Shown here in pieces: positions 19,314 to 34,599 of a stretch of 64,000 nucleotides of DNA. The position numbers and the translations under genes are program-made. The notes under the pieces were generated by a model. It was not told the origin of the DNA, did not search any database, and saw only the letters and a program-made list of their open reading frames with translations. Positions within the stretch are counted from its first letter, which is position 1, and each line of letters begins with the position of its first letter. The stretch comes from Bacteroidota bacterium (GTDB taxonomy: Bacteria; Bacteroidota; Bacteroidia; Bacteroidales; Tenuifilaceae): assembly GCA_040752515.1 (NCBI GenBank), contig JBFMGQ010000013.1, positions 4,909 through 68,908 on the forward strand. The letters are read 5' to 3'.

Positions 19314-22300
19314 ATGTTCAAACAATTACGTAATTTACTACTAACCATTAGCATGGTGTTAACAGCACTAATGGCTAGCGGTCAGGGTGTAACCACCGCA
19401 AATATGAGCGGTAAGGTTACTGATCAAAATGGTGGTACCCTTCCTGGGGCTACAGTGGTTGCTGTTCATGTACCTTCAGGTACAACATATGGAACAACAA
19501 CTGGAACTAATGGTGTTTACTTCATGCCTTCAATGAGGGTTGGTGGCCCATACAAGGTAACCATCAGTTTTGTGGGTTACAAGGATGTTGTATATGATGA
19601 TGTTTACCTGAACCTTGGTACTACTTACAACCTCGACGCTCAACTTTCGGAATCGCAAGTTGAGATTCAAGAAGTAGTTGTTACAGGGGTAAGGAGTAAC
19701 GTTTTCAGTTCCGACCGTACTGGTGCAGCAACCAGTATAACTAGAGAGTATATAGCTGCCTTACCTACCATAAGTCGTTCCATTAACGATTTCACCAAAC
19801 TTACACCTCAAGCAAGTGGTCGTTCATTCGTGGGTCAGGATGCTAGATTAAACAACATCACTATCGACGGTTCAATTTTCAATAATAGTTTCGGTTTAGC
19901 CGACCAGCCTGGTGGAAGAACTGGAACTGCCCCCATATCGCTCGATGCTATTGAGGAAATTCAGGTATCTATCGCTCCATTCGATGTTCGTCAAGCAGGC
20001 TTTGTAGGAGCTGGTGTTAATGCTGTTACCAAAAGCGGTACTAACGATTTCTCCGGTTCTGCATTTTACACGGTTCGTAATCAAAGCTGGATTGGCGATA
20101 AAGCACAGGGAGTTGATGTTACCTCGCAAGATTTTAATATTGCTCAATACGGATTCCGTTTAGGTGGCCCTATCATTAAGAATAAACTATTCTTCTTTGT
20201 TAACGGTGAATTTGAAACCGATTCCCGTCCCGCAACTTCATATAGAGCCAACTTGGGCGGGGAAACAGTTGGAGGAAATATCACCCGCGTTCTAAAAAGC
20301 GATTTGGATAACCTAAGTACTTTCTTAAAAGATAACTTCAACTACCAAACCGGTCCGTACCAAGGGTATAACAACGAAATGACAGGAAACAAATTCTTGG
20401 TTAAGTTGGACTATAACATCAACAATAACAACAAGTTCAGCATTCGTTATAACTGGCTCGATTCCAAAACCGATGTGCTTTGCAGCAATAGTTCTTCACT
20501 TGGATTTGGTAACCGTAGAACCAATACTCAGGCACTTAACTACCAAAACTCCAACTATATACAAAAGGAGATTATCCATTCTGTAATTGGTGAATTGAAC
20601 TCTACTTTTGGACGTTTTTCCAATAATTTGATTTTTGGTTACACCTACCAGAATGAGGACAGAGGTTCGCGGGGTGATTTCTTCCCCTTGGTTGAGATTC
20701 AAAATGCTTCTACTACCTATATCACTTTTGGTTTTGAACCTTTCACTCCTAATAACCAGTTAAGTTACAAAACATACCAATTGCAAAACAATTTGACATA
20801 CTTTGCTGGTAACCACACATTAACGGCAGGTTTCAATATTGAGCGATTCTCGTTCCGCAACGTATTCTTCCCTGGCTCGCAAAGTGTTTACGTTTATAAT
20901 AGTTTAGCTGATTGGTACACCGATGCAAATGGCTATTTAGCTGACCCAAATAGAACTGTTAGCCCTGTTTCGCTTCGTAGGTTCCAATTAAGGTATTCAG
21001 CCCTACCTGGCGGTGCTGAACCTGTACAGCCAACCAGAGTAACTTATGCTGGTGCATATATTCAGGATCAATTTACACCTCTCAAAGGCTTGAAGATTAC
21101 TGCCGGTATCCGCGTTGACGTTCCTATTTTCGATAATACCGGGTTCAAGAATGAGACCGTTGCTGGTCAAACCTTTATCGACAGGAAAGGTCAACCCTAT
21201 AAAATTAATACCGAGAAATTGCCCGATCCTAAACTCCTTTACTCACCAAGGTTAGGTTTTAATTACGACGTTACTGGTGATCGTAAAATTCAATTACGTG
21301 GTGGTACTGGCCTTTTCACCGGTCGTCCTGCCTTTGTTTGGATTTCGAACCAGATTGGCAACAATGGCGTGTTAACCGGATTCATTCAGGCCGACAATAC
21401 AACTGCTTATCCATTCAACCCCGACCCAAAACACTACATTCCAAGCACCCCAACACTGCCCTCATCCTATGAGTTAGCCATTACCGATCCCGACTTTAAA
21501 TTCCCACAAACCTGGAGAACCAACCTTGCTGCTGACATTAAATTACCTTTCGGTTTCTTGAGTACCCTTGAATTTATCTACAACCAAGAGGTTAATGGAA
21601 TTGGCTATTTTAATGCTAACCTGCCAATCTCAAATAATGTGGTTTACAGGCCTGGAGGAGTTATTGAGCGTCCTCGCTATACTGCAACACGCATAAACAA
21701 CAATGTTGTTAATGCTATAACCCTCGACAATTCAAACAACGGTTACGGTTACTCCTTGGCTGCAAGCATCGAAAAACCTTTTGCTAATGGTTTCTTTGTA
21801 AAGGCTGCCTACAACTTTGGTGTATCAAAGAATACTGTTGACCCAGGTTCTATTGCTGCCGGTTCCTACAACAACAACTTAATTTACTGGGATCCCAATA
21901 ATGCACCTTTGGCTTTTTCAAGTAACGACCAGCGTCATCGTTTCATTTTTGCCGCTTCATACAAACTTGAATATAAGAAATTCGGTTCAACTCAAATTGG
22001 TTTCTTCCTCGAAGGACGTAACCAAGGACGAACCAGTTACTTATACTCTAACGACCTCAATGGTGATGGCAATACTAACGACCTGTTGTACATTCATAAG
22101 GATGCTTCAGAAATGAATTTTGTTTCTTACGACCCCGATGGAACAGGTCCAGCACCTACCTATACTGCTGCTGAACAGGTTGCTGACTGGGAAGCCTATA
22201 TCAAACAGGATAAGTATTTAAGTGCAAATCGCGGTAACTTTGCTGAACGTAACGGTGTTGTGTTCCCATGGATTTGGAGTGCTGACCTCAATCTTACTCA

Positions 22301-22589
22301 GGAGTTCTACATCTATACTGGCGGTAAACGTAATGTCCTTCAGTTTACCATGAATATTATCAATGTTACCAATCTGATTAACAGCGATTGGGGTGTAGGT
22401 TGGGTAATAAACAATAATAGACCTATACGCGTGGTTAGTGGCTCTGCAAATCCTGCAACCTATCGTTTAAACACTCTTGGTGTAAAGACAGATGGTACTA
22501 TTGTTAAGATAACCGACACATTTAGCCATTCTGCTTCCATTACTGATGTATGGTCTGCTCAATTTGGCATCCGCTACATCTTTAATTAA
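19314..22589 (+). CDS. Oar-type TonB-dependent receptor with an N-terminal carboxypeptidase-regulatory-like domain; no SusD partner
   Basis: PGATVVAVHVPSGT, PISLDAIEEIQV, NAVTKSGTN, C-terminal QFGIRYIFN. Confidence 0.9.
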   Translation: MFKQLRNLLLTISMVLTALMASGQGVTTANMSGKVTDQNGGTLPGATVVAVHVPSGTTYGTTTGTNGVYFMPSMRVGGPYKVTISFVGYKDVVYDDVYLNLGTTYNLDAQLSESQVEIQEVVVTGVRSNVFSSDRTGAATSITREYIAALPTISRSINDFTKLTPQASGRSFVGQDARLNNITIDGSIFNNSFGLADQPGGRTGTAPISLDAIEEIQVSIAPFDVRQAGFVGAGVNAVTKSGTNDFSGSAFYTVRNQSWIGDKAQGVDVTSQDFNIAQYGFRLGGPIIKNKLFFFVNGEFETDSRPATSYRANLGGETVGGNITRVLKSDLDNLSTFLKDNFNYQTGPYQGYNNEMTGNKFLVKLDYNINNNNKFSIRYNWLDSKTDVLCSNSSSLGFGNRRTNTQALNYQNSNYIQKEIIHSVIGELNSTFGRFSNNLIFGYTYQNEDRGSRGDFFPLVEIQNASTTYITFGFEPFTPNNQLSYKTYQLQNNLTYFAGNHTLTAGFNIERFSFRNVFFPGSQSVYVYNSLADWYTDANGYLADPNRTVSPVSLRRFQLRYSALPGGAEPVQPTRVTYAGAYIQDQFTPLKGLKITAGIRVDVPIFDNTGFKNETVAGQTFIDRKGQPYKINTEKLPDPKLLYSPRLGFNYDVTGDRKIQLRGGTGLFTGRPAFVWISNQIGNNGVLTGFIQADNTTAYPFNPDPKHYIPSTPTLPSSYELAITDPDFKFPQTWRTNLAADIKLPFGFLSTLEFIYNQEVNGIGYFNANLPISNNVVYRPGGVIERPRYTATRINNNVVNAITLDNSNNGYGYSLAASIEKPFANGFFVKAAYNFGVSKNTVDPGSIAAGSYNNNLIYWDPNNAPLAFSSNDQRHRFIFAASYKLEYKKFGSTQIGFFLEGRNQGRTSYLYSNDLNGDGNTNDLLYIHKDASEMNFVSYDPDGTGPAPTYTAAEQVADWEAYIKQDKYLSANRGNFAERNGVVFPWIWSADLNLTQEFYIYTGGKRNVLQFTMNIINVTNLINSDWGVGWVINNNRPIRVVSGSANPATYRLNTLGVKTDGTIVKITDTFSHSASITDVWSAQFGIRYIFN

Positions 22590-22617
22590 GATAAAAACAA
22601 GAAACATAATCCGATTC

Positions 22618-22646
22618 GAGGGCGAAGGTAACTTCGCCCTCTTTTT
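22618..22646 (+). terminator. Intrinsic terminator
   Basis: gagggcgaag-gtaa-cttcgccctc-ttttt. Confidence 0.9.
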
Positions 22647-22904
22647 GTTCTTCCAAATTAGCTGGGCATTAAGCTTAATCCATTGAATCTCAGGAATCCT
22701 ACTAATTTCAAGTAATTCAATATTTTATCCTGTTAATAACTATAACCCGTTGTTAATATTTACAACCATTTTTTTTTGGTTTGGGTAGACGCCTTTCAAT
22801 AAATTCGTAATTACATTTTCAAAAACAAAAAAATGTTTAACCAGCTCACAGCCAGAACTGTGACGAGGGATTGTTGTCAGTAAAGTAGAAAAACATATAA
22901 ATAT

Positions 22905-25469
22905 ATGAGTAAAGAAATTACCCTGATGGAACAGCAAGCACAGCAAAAGGTAAAGTCGTACACCTTTGAGGAGGCCTATGAGGCTAGCATAAAGTACTTC
23001 AAAGGCGATGAGATGGCCGCTAAGGTTTGGGTGAGTAAGTACGCCCTGAAGGATTCATTTGGTACAATTTACGAGCAAACCCCCGATGATATGCATTGGC
23101 GGTTAGCCCGTGAAATTGCCCGAATTGAGCGAAAGTACCCCAACCCCATGAGCGAGGAGGAGGTTTACCTATTGCTTAAGGATTTCCGTTACATCGTTCC
23201 CCAGGGCGGGCCTATGACCGGTATTGGTAACAAGTTTCAAATAGCTTCGCTTTCGAACTGTTTTGTTATTGGAAATAACAATGCCGATTCCTATGGCGGT
23301 ATCATGAAAGTTGACGAGGAGCAGGTTCAGCTCATGAAGCGCCGTGGCGGGGTAGGGCACGACCTTTCACATATACGACCTAAGGGAAGCCCGGTTCTTA
23401 ATAGCGCGCTTACCTCAACCGGTGTGGTTCCCTTTATGGAACGCTACTCCAATTCAACCCGTGAGGTAGCTCAGGATGGTCGCCGTGGTGCCCTTATGCT
23501 TTCAATATCCATCAAGCATCCGGATGCCGAAAAGTTCATTGATGCCAAAATGGAACAGGGAAAGATTACCGGTGCCAACGTTTCGGTGAAGATTGACGAT
23601 GAATTTATGCGTGCTGCCATTGAGGGGAAGCCCTACGTTCAGCAGTACCCAATCGATTCACCAAACCCAAAGTTCCGTCAGGAAATCATTGCTGCCGAGC
23701 TGTGGAAAAAGATTGTTCATAATGCATGGAAATCGGCTGAGCCAGGTATCCTATTCTGGGATACTATTATCAGGGAATCAGTGCCCGATTGTTACGCCGA
23801 TTTGGGCTACAAGACCGTATCGACCAACCCATGCGGCGAAATACCCTTATGCCCTTACGATAGCTGCCGTTTACTTGCGTTAAACCTTTACAGCTACGTT
23901 GAAAACCCATTCACACCCCAGGCCACATTTAACTTTGAACTTTTCAAAAAACATGTGCATGCCGCACAGCGAATGATGGACGATATTATCGACCTTGAAC
24001 TGGAAAAGATTGATGCTATCCTCGAAAAGATTGCCAACGATCCCGAGGATGAAGAGATTAAGGCTGTAGAACGGAATCTGTGGTTAAAAATCCGCAGGAA
24101 GACCATAGAGGGACGTCGAACCGGTATTGGTATTACCGCCGAAGGCGATATGCTTGCTGCCCTCAACTTGCGCTACGGTTCCGATAATGCCATTGATTTT
24201 GCTGTTGAGGTACACAAGACCCTTGCCCTGGAAGCCTACCGGTCATCGGTATATACTGCCAAGGAGCGTGGAGCATTCCCCATTTACAATGCTCAGCGCG
24301 AGAAGGATAACCCTTTCATAAACCGTATTAAGGCCGAGGATGAAGAACTTTACAAGGAAATGACTACTTACGGACGTAGGAATATTGCTTTGCTGACCAT
24401 CGCCCCTACGGGTACAACAAGCCTTATGACCCAAACCACCTCGGGGATTGAGCCGGTATTCATGCCATACTACAAGCGTCGTAGAAAGGTTAACCCCAAC
24501 GACAAGAATGTTAAGGTATCGTTTGTTGATAAGGTTGGCGACTCGTGGGAGGAATTTAACGTGTTTCACCACAAATTCTTGGTTTGGATGGAGGTGAATG
24601 GTTACAACCCCGATGAGGTTAAGAATTATAACGATGAACAGATTAGTGAGTTAGTTAAAAAATCGCCTTACTTTGGTGCCACATCAAACGATGTTGACTG
24701 GCTTAGCAAGGTTCGCATGCAGGGTATGATTCAGAAATGGGTTGACCACTCCATTAGCGTAACTGTAAATCTACCCGAGGACATTACCGAGGAGATGGTA
24801 GCCAAGGTTTACCAAACTGCATGGGAAAGTGGGTGTAAGGGCTGCACGGTTTACCGCGAAGGTTCACGTGAGGGCGTTTTGGTTACCAATAAAAAGGAAA
24901 AGGAACAGCAGGCATCTTCAGTATTTCCAAGTAAACGTCCACCAGTTTTGGAGTGCGATGTTATCAGGTTTAAAAATAGCCATGAGGATTGGGTTGCTTT
25001 TGTAGGATTGTACGATGGCCGTCCATACGAAATCTTTACCGGCCGTACCGAAGACGATGTTTTACCCATTCCTAAAACTGTTACCAAGGGTAGAATCATC
25101 AAGATTAAAGATGAAAACGGCAGTCGCTACGACTTTCAGTATGTCGATAAATATGGATATACCAACACCATGGGAGGCCTCTCGCACATGTTCAACAAGG
25201 AGTACTGGAATTATGCCAAGCTCATTTCGGGTGTTCTCCGCAACGGCATGCCCATTCCCGATGTGGTAAATCTGGTTTCCTCGTTAAGGCTCGATAATGA
25301 GAGCATAAACTCTTGGATTGCCGGTGTTGAACGTGCATTACGCCGCTATATTCCCGATGGAACCAAGGCTAAACCCGGTAAGAAATGTCCAGAGTGCGGG
25401 GCCGAATCGTTGGTTTACCAGGAAGGCTGCTTAAAGTGTCAAAACTGTGGTCACTCAAAGTGTGGATAG
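22905..25469 (+). CDS. nrdJ: Class II (adenosylcobalamin-dependent) ribonucleotide reductase
   Basis: SLSNC, TNPCGEIPL, TIAPTGT, VYREGSR and a C-terminal Cys-rich tail. Confidence 0.9.
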   Translation: MSKEITLMEQQAQQKVKSYTFEEAYEASIKYFKGDEMAAKVWVSKYALKDSFGTIYEQTPDDMHWRLAREIARIERKYPNPMSEEEVYLLLKDFRYIVPQGGPMTGIGNKFQIASLSNCFVIGNNNADSYGGIMKVDEEQVQLMKRRGGVGHDLSHIRPKGSPVLNSALTSTGVVPFMERYSNSTREVAQDGRRGALMLSISIKHPDAEKFIDAKMEQGKITGANVSVKIDDEFMRAAIEGKPYVQQYPIDSPNPKFRQEIIAAELWKKIVHNAWKSAEPGILFWDTIIRESVPDCYADLGYKTVSTNPCGEIPLCPYDSCRLLALNLYSYVENPFTPQATFNFELFKKHVHAAQRMMDDIIDLELEKIDAILEKIANDPEDEEIKAVERNLWLKIRRKTIEGRRTGIGITAEGDMLAALNLRYGSDNAIDFAVEVHKTLALEAYRSSVYTAKERGAFPIYNAQREKDNPFINRIKAEDEELYKEMTTYGRRNIALLTIAPTGTTSLMTQTTSGIEPVFMPYYKRRRKVNPNDKNVKVSFVDKVGDSWEEFNVFHHKFLVWMEVNGYNPDEVKNYNDEQISELVKKSPYFGATSNDVDWLSKVRMQGMIQKWVDHSISVTVNLPEDITEEMVAKVYQTAWESGCKGCTVYREGSREGVLVTNKKEKEQQASSVFPSKRPPVLECDVIRFKNSHEDWVAFVGLYDGRPYEIFTGRTEDDVLPIPKTVTKGRIIKIKDENGSRYDFQYVDKYGYTNTMGGLSHMFNKEYWNYAKLISGVLRNGMPIPDVVNLVSSLRLDNESINSWIAGVERALRRYIPDGTKAKPGKKCPECGAESLVYQEGCLKCQNCGHSKCG

Positions 25470-25556
25470 TATTCAGCCCAAGTACCATGAATTAACAAAT
25501 TCATTCAGGCAATTAAAAATGGAAATGCGGAAGCATTTGAAATCTGTATAAATTTT

Positions 25557-25585
25557 AAAAACTGCCTTAAACGGGCGGTTTTTTT
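25557..25585. terminator. Bidirectional terminator
   Basis: aaaaactgcc...ggcggttttt between convergent genes. Confidence 0.75.
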
Positions 25586-25617
25586 GTATAGCGTGAAGCT
25601 GATCTGTAAAAATCTGG

Positions 25618-26130
25618 TTAATGCTCCTGTTCGTTTACATAGTCGATAAACTCATAGGCATTCCCAATCCAATCCAGATATCTAAAAAAGTCGGAAGCCA
25701 AAATAACCAGCGATGCGGTGTTCAGGTTTGGATGAAAGCTAAGCCGTTTGGCATTTTTGAGCTCGCTGTCGATAAAAAGGTGGACATGATGGGTGGTGTC
25801 GTGTAATAACCCAAAGGGTGATACCGATCCCGGCGTAAGCCCCAGATATCGCTTCATTCGTTCAGGCGAGGCAAAGGTTAGCTTACCCTGCTTTAGAAGT
25901 TTTTCGAGCTGATGAATGTTCAGCATTTTACGGTATTCCAGTATTACCAGGTAATGCCTGTTGCCCTTGTGATTCCGGAAAAAGAGATTTTTACAATGCG
26001 ATGAGTCAATCCCTGCCCAGTATTTTGAAGCAATTTCCACAGTTGGGGCTTCGGGATGCTCGTGGTACTCAAAGGGAATATTAAGTTTACCTAAAGTTTC
26101 ATAAACCAAGGGGTCGCCACGATATTCCAT
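25618..26130 (-). CDS. YbaK/ProX family aminoacyl-tRNA deacylase
   Basis: HCKNLFFRN, LGLTPGSVSPFGL, FHPNLNTAS; the start is ATG 26130 because the longer ORF overlaps the upstream gene. Confidence 0.88.
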   Translation of the reverse strand: MEYRGDPLVYETLGKLNIPFEYHEHPEAPTVEIASKYWAGIDSSHCKNLFFRNHKGNRHYLVILEYRKMLNIHQLEKLLKQGKLTFASPERMKRYLGLTPGSVSPFGLLHDTTHHVHLFIDSELKNAKRLSFHPNLNTASLVILASDFFRYLDWIGNAYEFIDYVNEQEH

Positions 26131-26134
26131 GTTG

Positions 26135-26641
26135 CTATAAAACCAGGTTTTTGAAGTTTTGGTTAACTTGTTCGCAGTTGAACTCATTGGGATTGTAGTT
26201 CTCACCCAGCCAGTCGGCAATTAGGGGGTATTGCCTATTGCCTTGGTTATGCTTTACCAGTAGCTCTAAAACCTCACAGTAGTTAATTATTCCGCCTGAA
26301 TCCTCAGGGGGCGATTTGCCTTGCCCTTCAAGGCAAACTGGTTTTTTACCTTGTGTTCCGGTGTTTTGGGAAACTAGGGTTATATCAATCGTCCAAAAAT
26401 CGGCAAGGTCGTACACATAAATTATTCGGGTTTCTGAAGTAAGAGCATTGCCAAGTGTAATATCTTCCTCATTTCTTACAATATTTTTATCGATCTTGTA
26501 AAAATGCGAATGAACATTACTCCAGTCAAATGAGGCTTGAATTACTTCGTGAAACAGCTGTAGGTTGATGTTTTCATCGACTCGAATAATTCGGAATATC
26601 TCGGGCTTTGAGTTTACTATGCTTAACTTTACGTCAATCAT
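26135..26641 (-). CDS. pRiA4b ORF-3-like (MM3350/TnpR passenger) family protein
   Basis: LFHEVIQASFDWSNVHSH, YVYDLADFW, GKSPPEDSGG. Confidence 0.8.
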   Translation of the reverse strand: MIDVKLSIVNSKPEIFRIIRVDENINLQLFHEVIQASFDWSNVHSHFYKIDKNIVRNEEDITLGNALTSETRIIYVYDLADFWTIDITLVSQNTGTQGKKPVCLEGQGKSPPEDSGGIINYCEVLELLVKHNQGNRQYPLIADWLGENYNPNEFNCEQVNQNFKNLVL

Positions 26642-26713
26642 TTTGAGGAGTTTGGCTTATTGTCACCAAATATAAACATTTTTTGCAAGCGCAAGGACTA
26701 CTATTAAACCTAA

Positions 26714-26747
26714 ATTCGTCAATTTAATTTTTCAATTGGTGAATTTG
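26714..26747 (+). promoter_or_regulatory. Motif TTCGTCAA-N10-CAATTGGTGAATTTG, related to the distal part of the 165-bp element
   Basis: Same blocks and spacing as 50292-50324. Confidence 0.45.
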
Positions 26748-26756
26748 CAATAAAGC

Positions 26757-26787
26757 AAAAAGGCTATCCTTTATGGGGATAGCCTTT
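26757..26787 (-). terminator. Terminator of the galactoside operon
   Basis: aaaggctatcc...ggatagccttt. Confidence 0.85.
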
Positions 26788-26809
26788 ACAAGAAAAGAAA
26801 ACCTAACCC

Positions 26810-27964
26810 TTAGTAAACTAAATGCTCTGCTCCATTGCCAATGACACAGGCGATGATTTGGGGCTGTTGCCCATCGGGTGTTTTGTAGTTATTGGTAATG
26901 ATTTGGCTAAACTCGTCGATATGAGAGTTCTCTACCAAATTAATGGTGCAACCGCCAAAACCCCCGCCCATCATTCGTGAGCCAACCACATAATCGAGTT
27001 TTTCAGTTAACTCAACGAGCTTGTCAAGCTCTGGACAGCTAACCTCATACTTCTCACGGAGCCCGTAATGCGATTGGTACATCAACTTCCCGAACGATTC
27101 AAAGTCCTTTTGGGTTAGTGCTCTACCAGCATTAACCACGCGCTGATTTTCCTCAACCACATACAAACACCGTTCCCACACCTTACTGCTAAACTCTCCT
27201 TTATGGTTGTTTAAGTCATCGATTGTTACATCGCGTAGCGATTGTATTGAAGGTTTGTACTTTTTAAGGATATCGACTCCGGTTTGGCACTCCTGCCTGC
27301 GTTTATTGTACTCCGACGATGCCAAAGAATGTTTAACACCCGTATTCACAAGAATAATGGAATGGTTATCCATATTAAGCTCAAAGGGTTCAAACTCAAG
27401 GCTGCGGCAGTCGAGCTGAAGTACATGGTTTTCTCTGCCATGCAGTGAAGCAAACTGATCCATAATGCCACATTTTACCCCAGCATACTGGTGTTCAGCC
27501 TGTTGGGCAATTTGGGCAAGTTGCATACGCGAATAGCCAAATCCAAACATATGGTTAAGCGCAAAAGCGAGCCCACTCTCAATGGCTGCCGATGATGACA
27601 TTCCTGCGCCAATAGGAACATCGCCACCAAACACACAGTCAAAACCCTCTACCTCTTTCCCGTCGGCAACCATCTGGGCAATAACTCCCAAAAGATAGTT
27701 AGCCCAGTGCGTGTTTGTGGGGTTAATTTTATATGTGGGCGTTGAAAAATCGCGGCTGAAATCGGCGGCATGAAACCGGTACATGCCTGCCCCATTGGGC
27801 TTTATGGCAAAATAGGCATATCGGTTTATGGCCGCTGGCATTACATAGCCATTGTTGTAATCGGTATGCTCACCTATCAGATTTACCCTGCCGGGTGCTC
27901 TAAAAACCAAAGGATTAGAACCAAATCGATCCTTAAAAATGTTAACAATCTTCTCAACCATCAT
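26810..27964 (-). CDS. galK: Galactokinase
   Basis: APGRVNLIGEHTDY, PIGAGMSSSAA, CGIMDQ, GSRMMGGGFGGC. Confidence 0.95.
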   Translation of the reverse strand: MMVEKIVNIFKDRFGSNPLVFRAPGRVNLIGEHTDYNNGYVMPAAINRYAYFAIKPNGAGMYRFHAADFSRDFSTPTYKINPTNTHWANYLLGVIAQMVADGKEVEGFDCVFGGDVPIGAGMSSSAAIESGLAFALNHMFGFGYSRMQLAQIAQQAEHQYAGVKCGIMDQFASLHGRENHVLQLDCRSLEFEPFELNMDNHSIILVNTGVKHSLASSEYNKRRQECQTGVDILKKYKPSIQSLRDVTIDDLNNHKGEFSSKVWERCLYVVEENQRVVNAGRALTQKDFESFGKLMYQSHYGLREKYEVSCPELDKLVELTEKLDYVVGSRMMGGGFGGCTINLVENSHIDEFSQIITNNYKTPDGQQPQIIACVIGNGAEHLVY

Positions 27965-27965
27965 C

Positions 27966-29918
27966 TTACTCCAAAATTATTACCAATCCGCTACGGGGTT
28001 TTACTTTAAAGCTGTGAATACCGTTTTTATCTGTAACCTTACTGTTTAGTAGTAATTCATCATCGGAGTTGCCTTCCGAAATAACTGTCATTTTATACTC
28101 CCTATCATCAAGGAAATTTAGGTTGATGTTAAAATCATGCTCACTAGTAGCAGTCATGCATCCAATATACCACTTATTGCCATGTTTGCGTGCAACAGCA
28201 ATATTTTCGCCTACTTTCCCTTCGAGGGCAATGGTTTTATCCCATGTTACGGGAACATTCGATAAAAAGTTTAGGGCAATATTATCTTTTTCGTAAAAAG
28301 TAGGTGAATCGGCAAGCATTTGTACGCCACCGTGGTAAACCACGTACATAGCCATTTGTTGCGCCCTGGTAGTCATGGAGCATGGGTTTTCCCATGATTT
28401 TTGGAACGTGTCAGGGGTAACATGTCGCATTGAGCCGGGAGTGTAGTCCATAGGGCCAACCACATTCCTAACAAAGGGGATGGTTAGATTATGGGTTGGG
28501 GTGCATTTGTCGGAGAACTTGTTGTACTCCAGCCCCAATACTCCTTCGATATTTACAATGTTTGGATATGTTCGGGTAATGCCAGTTGGCTTATACATGC
28601 CGTGAAGGTTGAGCAAGAGTTTGCGTTTGGCGCATTCCTCGGCCAGTTTGTTAACAAAGTCAACTATACGCTGGTCGGCTCGGTCGAAAAAGTCAACTTT
28701 AAGCCCTGAAACTCCCATTTTGCTGAACATGTCCAGATTAGCGGTGAAATCCTTGTCGATGGTATTCCACATAGCCCAGATGAACACCTTAATGCCCTTA
28801 CTTTTTGCGTAGGCAATAACCTCTTCGAGGTTAAGGTTTGGATTTACCCTGTTAAAGTTCCAAAGTTTTGCCCAACCATCGTCGATGTTGATGTACTCAA
28901 TGCCATTCTTGGCTGCAAAATCAATCATGTACTTGTAGGTTTGGGTGTTGATTCCTGGCTTGAAATCTACCCCTTGCAGGTTCCAGTTGTGGTACCAATC
29001 CCAAACCACCTTCCCGGGTTTTACCCAGCTAAAGTCCATTTTGGGTTCATCGGCAAGTAGGTATACCAAGTTGTTTTGCAAAATCGCAGCATCGTTTTGG
29101 GCAACCATTACAGTTCGCCAAGGGTATGGACGGATACCTTTGCTTTTGGCTATATAGTTTTCCGTTTTCTTAACTACCATCCTCGAAATCTGTGGCCATT
29201 TAACCAGATGAAGCCTACCCGGTAGTTCCTGTTTCTCCTTTTTGGGGTACTGTGGAAAAACTGAAGTCAACGTATTCCCATCGATTTTTTTAATGAACAT
29301 GCCCGGATACTCAAACAGGTTCGATTCGGAGAGCACTACAAGTTGTCCTTTGGGAGTCTTATACATTAGCGGGGTTAAACCTAAAGCCCCATTTTCAATT
29401 TCCTGCATGGTTTTTGGCAAGTAATTAACTTCGAAAGGGGTTAGGAAACCGCTTACCTGTGGAAAATAAATGGTTACACCATCGGGTAGTTTGAATTCAT
29501 TGGCTTCGTTGTAAACAGTAACCTCTTTATCCATTGTGGTTACCACACGCCAAGCAAATCCCTGGTTGTAACAGCGAAACTCGAGCGCCAGCCCATCGGC
29601 GTATTTTAGGGTTAACAGGTTGAAGTTATCCTCAATCTCGGCGGTGGTTCCCCAAAGCAGCTTTACAGTTCGGCTGATACTATCAAGTATAGCAATATGC
29701 TCGCTCAGAAAGTCTTTTTCTGTAAATGCGCTTGTATTCATTGCAATAGCTGAGGGCTCAACTATTACGCTCCCATTGGCCGATAGAGCATAGGTTAACC
29801 TATCCTTTATTTCGATATTAGCCACTAACATGCCATTGGGCGATTTCAAGGTATAGCTTTGCCCAAACATCAGCTTTGCAGCAAACATCAGAACAATTAG
29901 TATCGATCTTCTTTTCAT
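27966..29918 (-). CDS. GH97 glycoside hydrolase, retaining alpha-galactosidase-like subgroup
   Basis: SWVKPGK, YIDFAA-like YMIDFAA, LKVDFFDRADQ (Asp nucleophile type), EGVLGLE, PMDYTPG. Confidence 0.85.
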   Translation of the reverse strand: MKRRSILIVLMFAAKLMFGQSYTLKSPNGMLVANIEIKDRLTYALSANGSVIVEPSAIAMNTSAFTEKDFLSEHIAILDSISRTVKLLWGTTAEIEDNFNLLTLKYADGLALEFRCYNQGFAWRVVTTMDKEVTVYNEANEFKLPDGVTIYFPQVSGFLTPFEVNYLPKTMQEIENGALGLTPLMYKTPKGQLVVLSESNLFEYPGMFIKKIDGNTLTSVFPQYPKKEKQELPGRLHLVKWPQISRMVVKKTENYIAKSKGIRPYPWRTVMVAQNDAAILQNNLVYLLADEPKMDFSWVKPGKVVWDWYHNWNLQGVDFKPGINTQTYKYMIDFAAKNGIEYINIDDGWAKLWNFNRVNPNLNLEEVIAYAKSKGIKVFIWAMWNTIDKDFTANLDMFSKMGVSGLKVDFFDRADQRIVDFVNKLAEECAKRKLLLNLHGMYKPTGITRTYPNIVNIEGVLGLEYNKFSDKCTPTHNLTIPFVRNVVGPMDYTPGSMRHVTPDTFQKSWENPCSMTTRAQQMAMYVVYHGGVQMLADSPTFYEKDNIALNFLSNVPVTWDKTIALEGKVGENIAVARKHGNKWYIGCMTATSEHDFNINLNFLDDREYKMTVISEGNSDDELLLNSKVTDKNGIHSFKVKPRSGLVIILE

Positions 29919-29942
29919 TGCGTTGCGGTTTTGTAATTTAAA

Positions 29943-34437
<4,495 letters not shown>

Positions 34438-34503
34438 AGCTTTAAATTTTGATTCTTGGTTAAGGTTTTGGATAGCTATTTAGAAAAGTGATGCAACTTG
34501 GTC

Positions 34504-34524
34504 GTTCAAATAAAAAGTTTGAAC
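34504..34524. promoter_or_regulatory. Dyad GTTCAAA-N7-TTTGAAC between the AraC gene and the Omp85 gene
   Basis: Perfect 7-bp inverted repeat upstream of the operon. Confidence 0.35.
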
Positions 34525-34599
34525 ATTTTTATCGAAAATTTCATGACATAACTGAATGATATACAGGTATTTTAATACAGAATGGTTGAGGTGGTTCTT

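Noticed and set aside
22650-22904. Cobalamin riboswitch or NrdR boxes before nrdJ
   Set aside because: AT-rich region with no B12-box or convincing NrdR palindrome.
26135-26641. pRiA4b ORF-3 gene as evidence of a mobile element
   Set aside because: No transposase, terminal inverted repeats or target duplication nearby.
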